Source: a virus. Taken from it: a stretch of 64,000 nucleotides of DNA. Of this stretch, positions 63,483-64,000 are shown piece by piece; position 1 is the stretch's first letter, and every line of letters starts with the position of its first letter. The stretch is from positions 1-64,000 of the IMG/VR virus record IMGVR_UViG_3300038856_000064, one strand, 5' to 3'. The translations under genes and the position numbers were made by a program. The notes beneath the pieces were generated by a model. That model was not told the DNA's origin. It searched no databases and saw only the letters and a program-made list of their open reading frames with translations.

Positions 63483-64000
63483 CAGCTATATACCTCCTTC
63501 ACAATAAGATCAGCTACGGTAGTAACATTTGGCGCGGGGCAAAGCTCCAGGATGTTCTTAGTGCGAATTCCCATGGCTTGACACCCGGTCTTCTGCATAG
63601 GAAAGTCCTTAGAGTGCAAAACAATCATCGGGGTTTCTGTAGCCGCAGCTAGGGTTTTTGCGCCCGAATCTAATCCAAACCACAGGTCACTATTATCGAT
63701 CAGTGATGCCCATTCTTTGTATGGCATCCCCCTTGCATCTATCACATTATTTGGTAACGGCTCATTAGGTGCACCTGTAAAAACACACTTGATATCTTTT
63801 TGTTCTAGTAGGTCAACTAGCAATTGATAATTCTCAGGTGACCAGACCGGACTAGCCGCATAACTTATATGATTCACAGTAATGAATGTCTTACAGGAAT
63901 CGTCACTCTTTTCTGGACCAAGGTCATTATCAAGTATAAATTTGAGCGCAACCCTCTCTTGCTCATCTGTAATATTTAGTACAATACTACGATCTTTTAC
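63482..64000 (-). CDS. GT9 (heptosyltransferase-like) glycosyltransferase, 5' truncated by window edge
   Basis: W..ENY, G..E, LI..SDL..G.DSG..LAAA..P; frame open to 64000. Confidence 0.8.
   Translation of the reverse strand, partial: VKDRSIVLNITDEQERVALKFILDNDLGPEKSDDSCKTFITVNHISYAASPVWSPENYQLLVDLLEQKDIKCVFTGAPNEPLPNNVIDARGMPYKEWASLIDNSDLWFGLDSGAKTLAAATETPMIVLHSKDFPMQKTGCQAMGIRTKNILELCPAPNVTTVADLIVKEVYS

Noticed and set aside
1-64000. Stop-codon reassignment (TAG or TGA), suggested by abundant CTAG and a TCA-like tRNA
   Set aside because: Conserved genes are full length in code 11 and end at TAG (nadV, gmd) or TGA with ATGA overlaps; only the release factor is interrupted
1-64000. CRISPR array, integrase or IS element
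   Set aside because: No regularly spaced repeats, transposase or recombinase motifs seen

Overview
A 64-kb segment of a large (jumbo-type) dsDNA bacteriophage genome, standard genetic code, densely coding, with a single strand switch at about 43,813 (plus strand to the left, minus strand to the right). 1-19 kb is a dispersed tRNA/translation island with about 23 tRNA or tRNA-like genes. Many are structurally aberrant (structured D-loop inserts, duplicated T-arms, non-7-nt anticodon loops) and are interleaved with other structured RNAs, including one resembling the 23S rRNA GTPase-associated centre. The island also holds a domain-1-less class I release factor split by a CTT-TAG-C +1 frameshift site, a TrmH methylase, paired nucleotidyltransferases, an RNA ligase, Orn, an AlaRS-like fragment, a PEP-CTERM protein and NAD salvage genes (NadM-Nudix + NAMPT). 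19-37 kb: further RNA repair genes, a sigma factor, RuvB, Map, Def, PhoH, lipoproteins and a protease. 38-44 kb: Ser-Gly-rich putative virion/fibre genes and candidate lysis genes. 44-64 kb (minus): IscA, ThyX, dCMP deaminase, intein-containing class II RNR, dUTPase, Whirly-like SSB, Rad52-like annealase, a homing endonuclease and a GDP-sugar (probably colitose) pathway with a GT9 glycosyltransferase running off the window end. CTAG looks strongly over-represented, and three recurring promoter-like motifs are visible. All calls are by eye from motifs and base pairing; no database searches were run.
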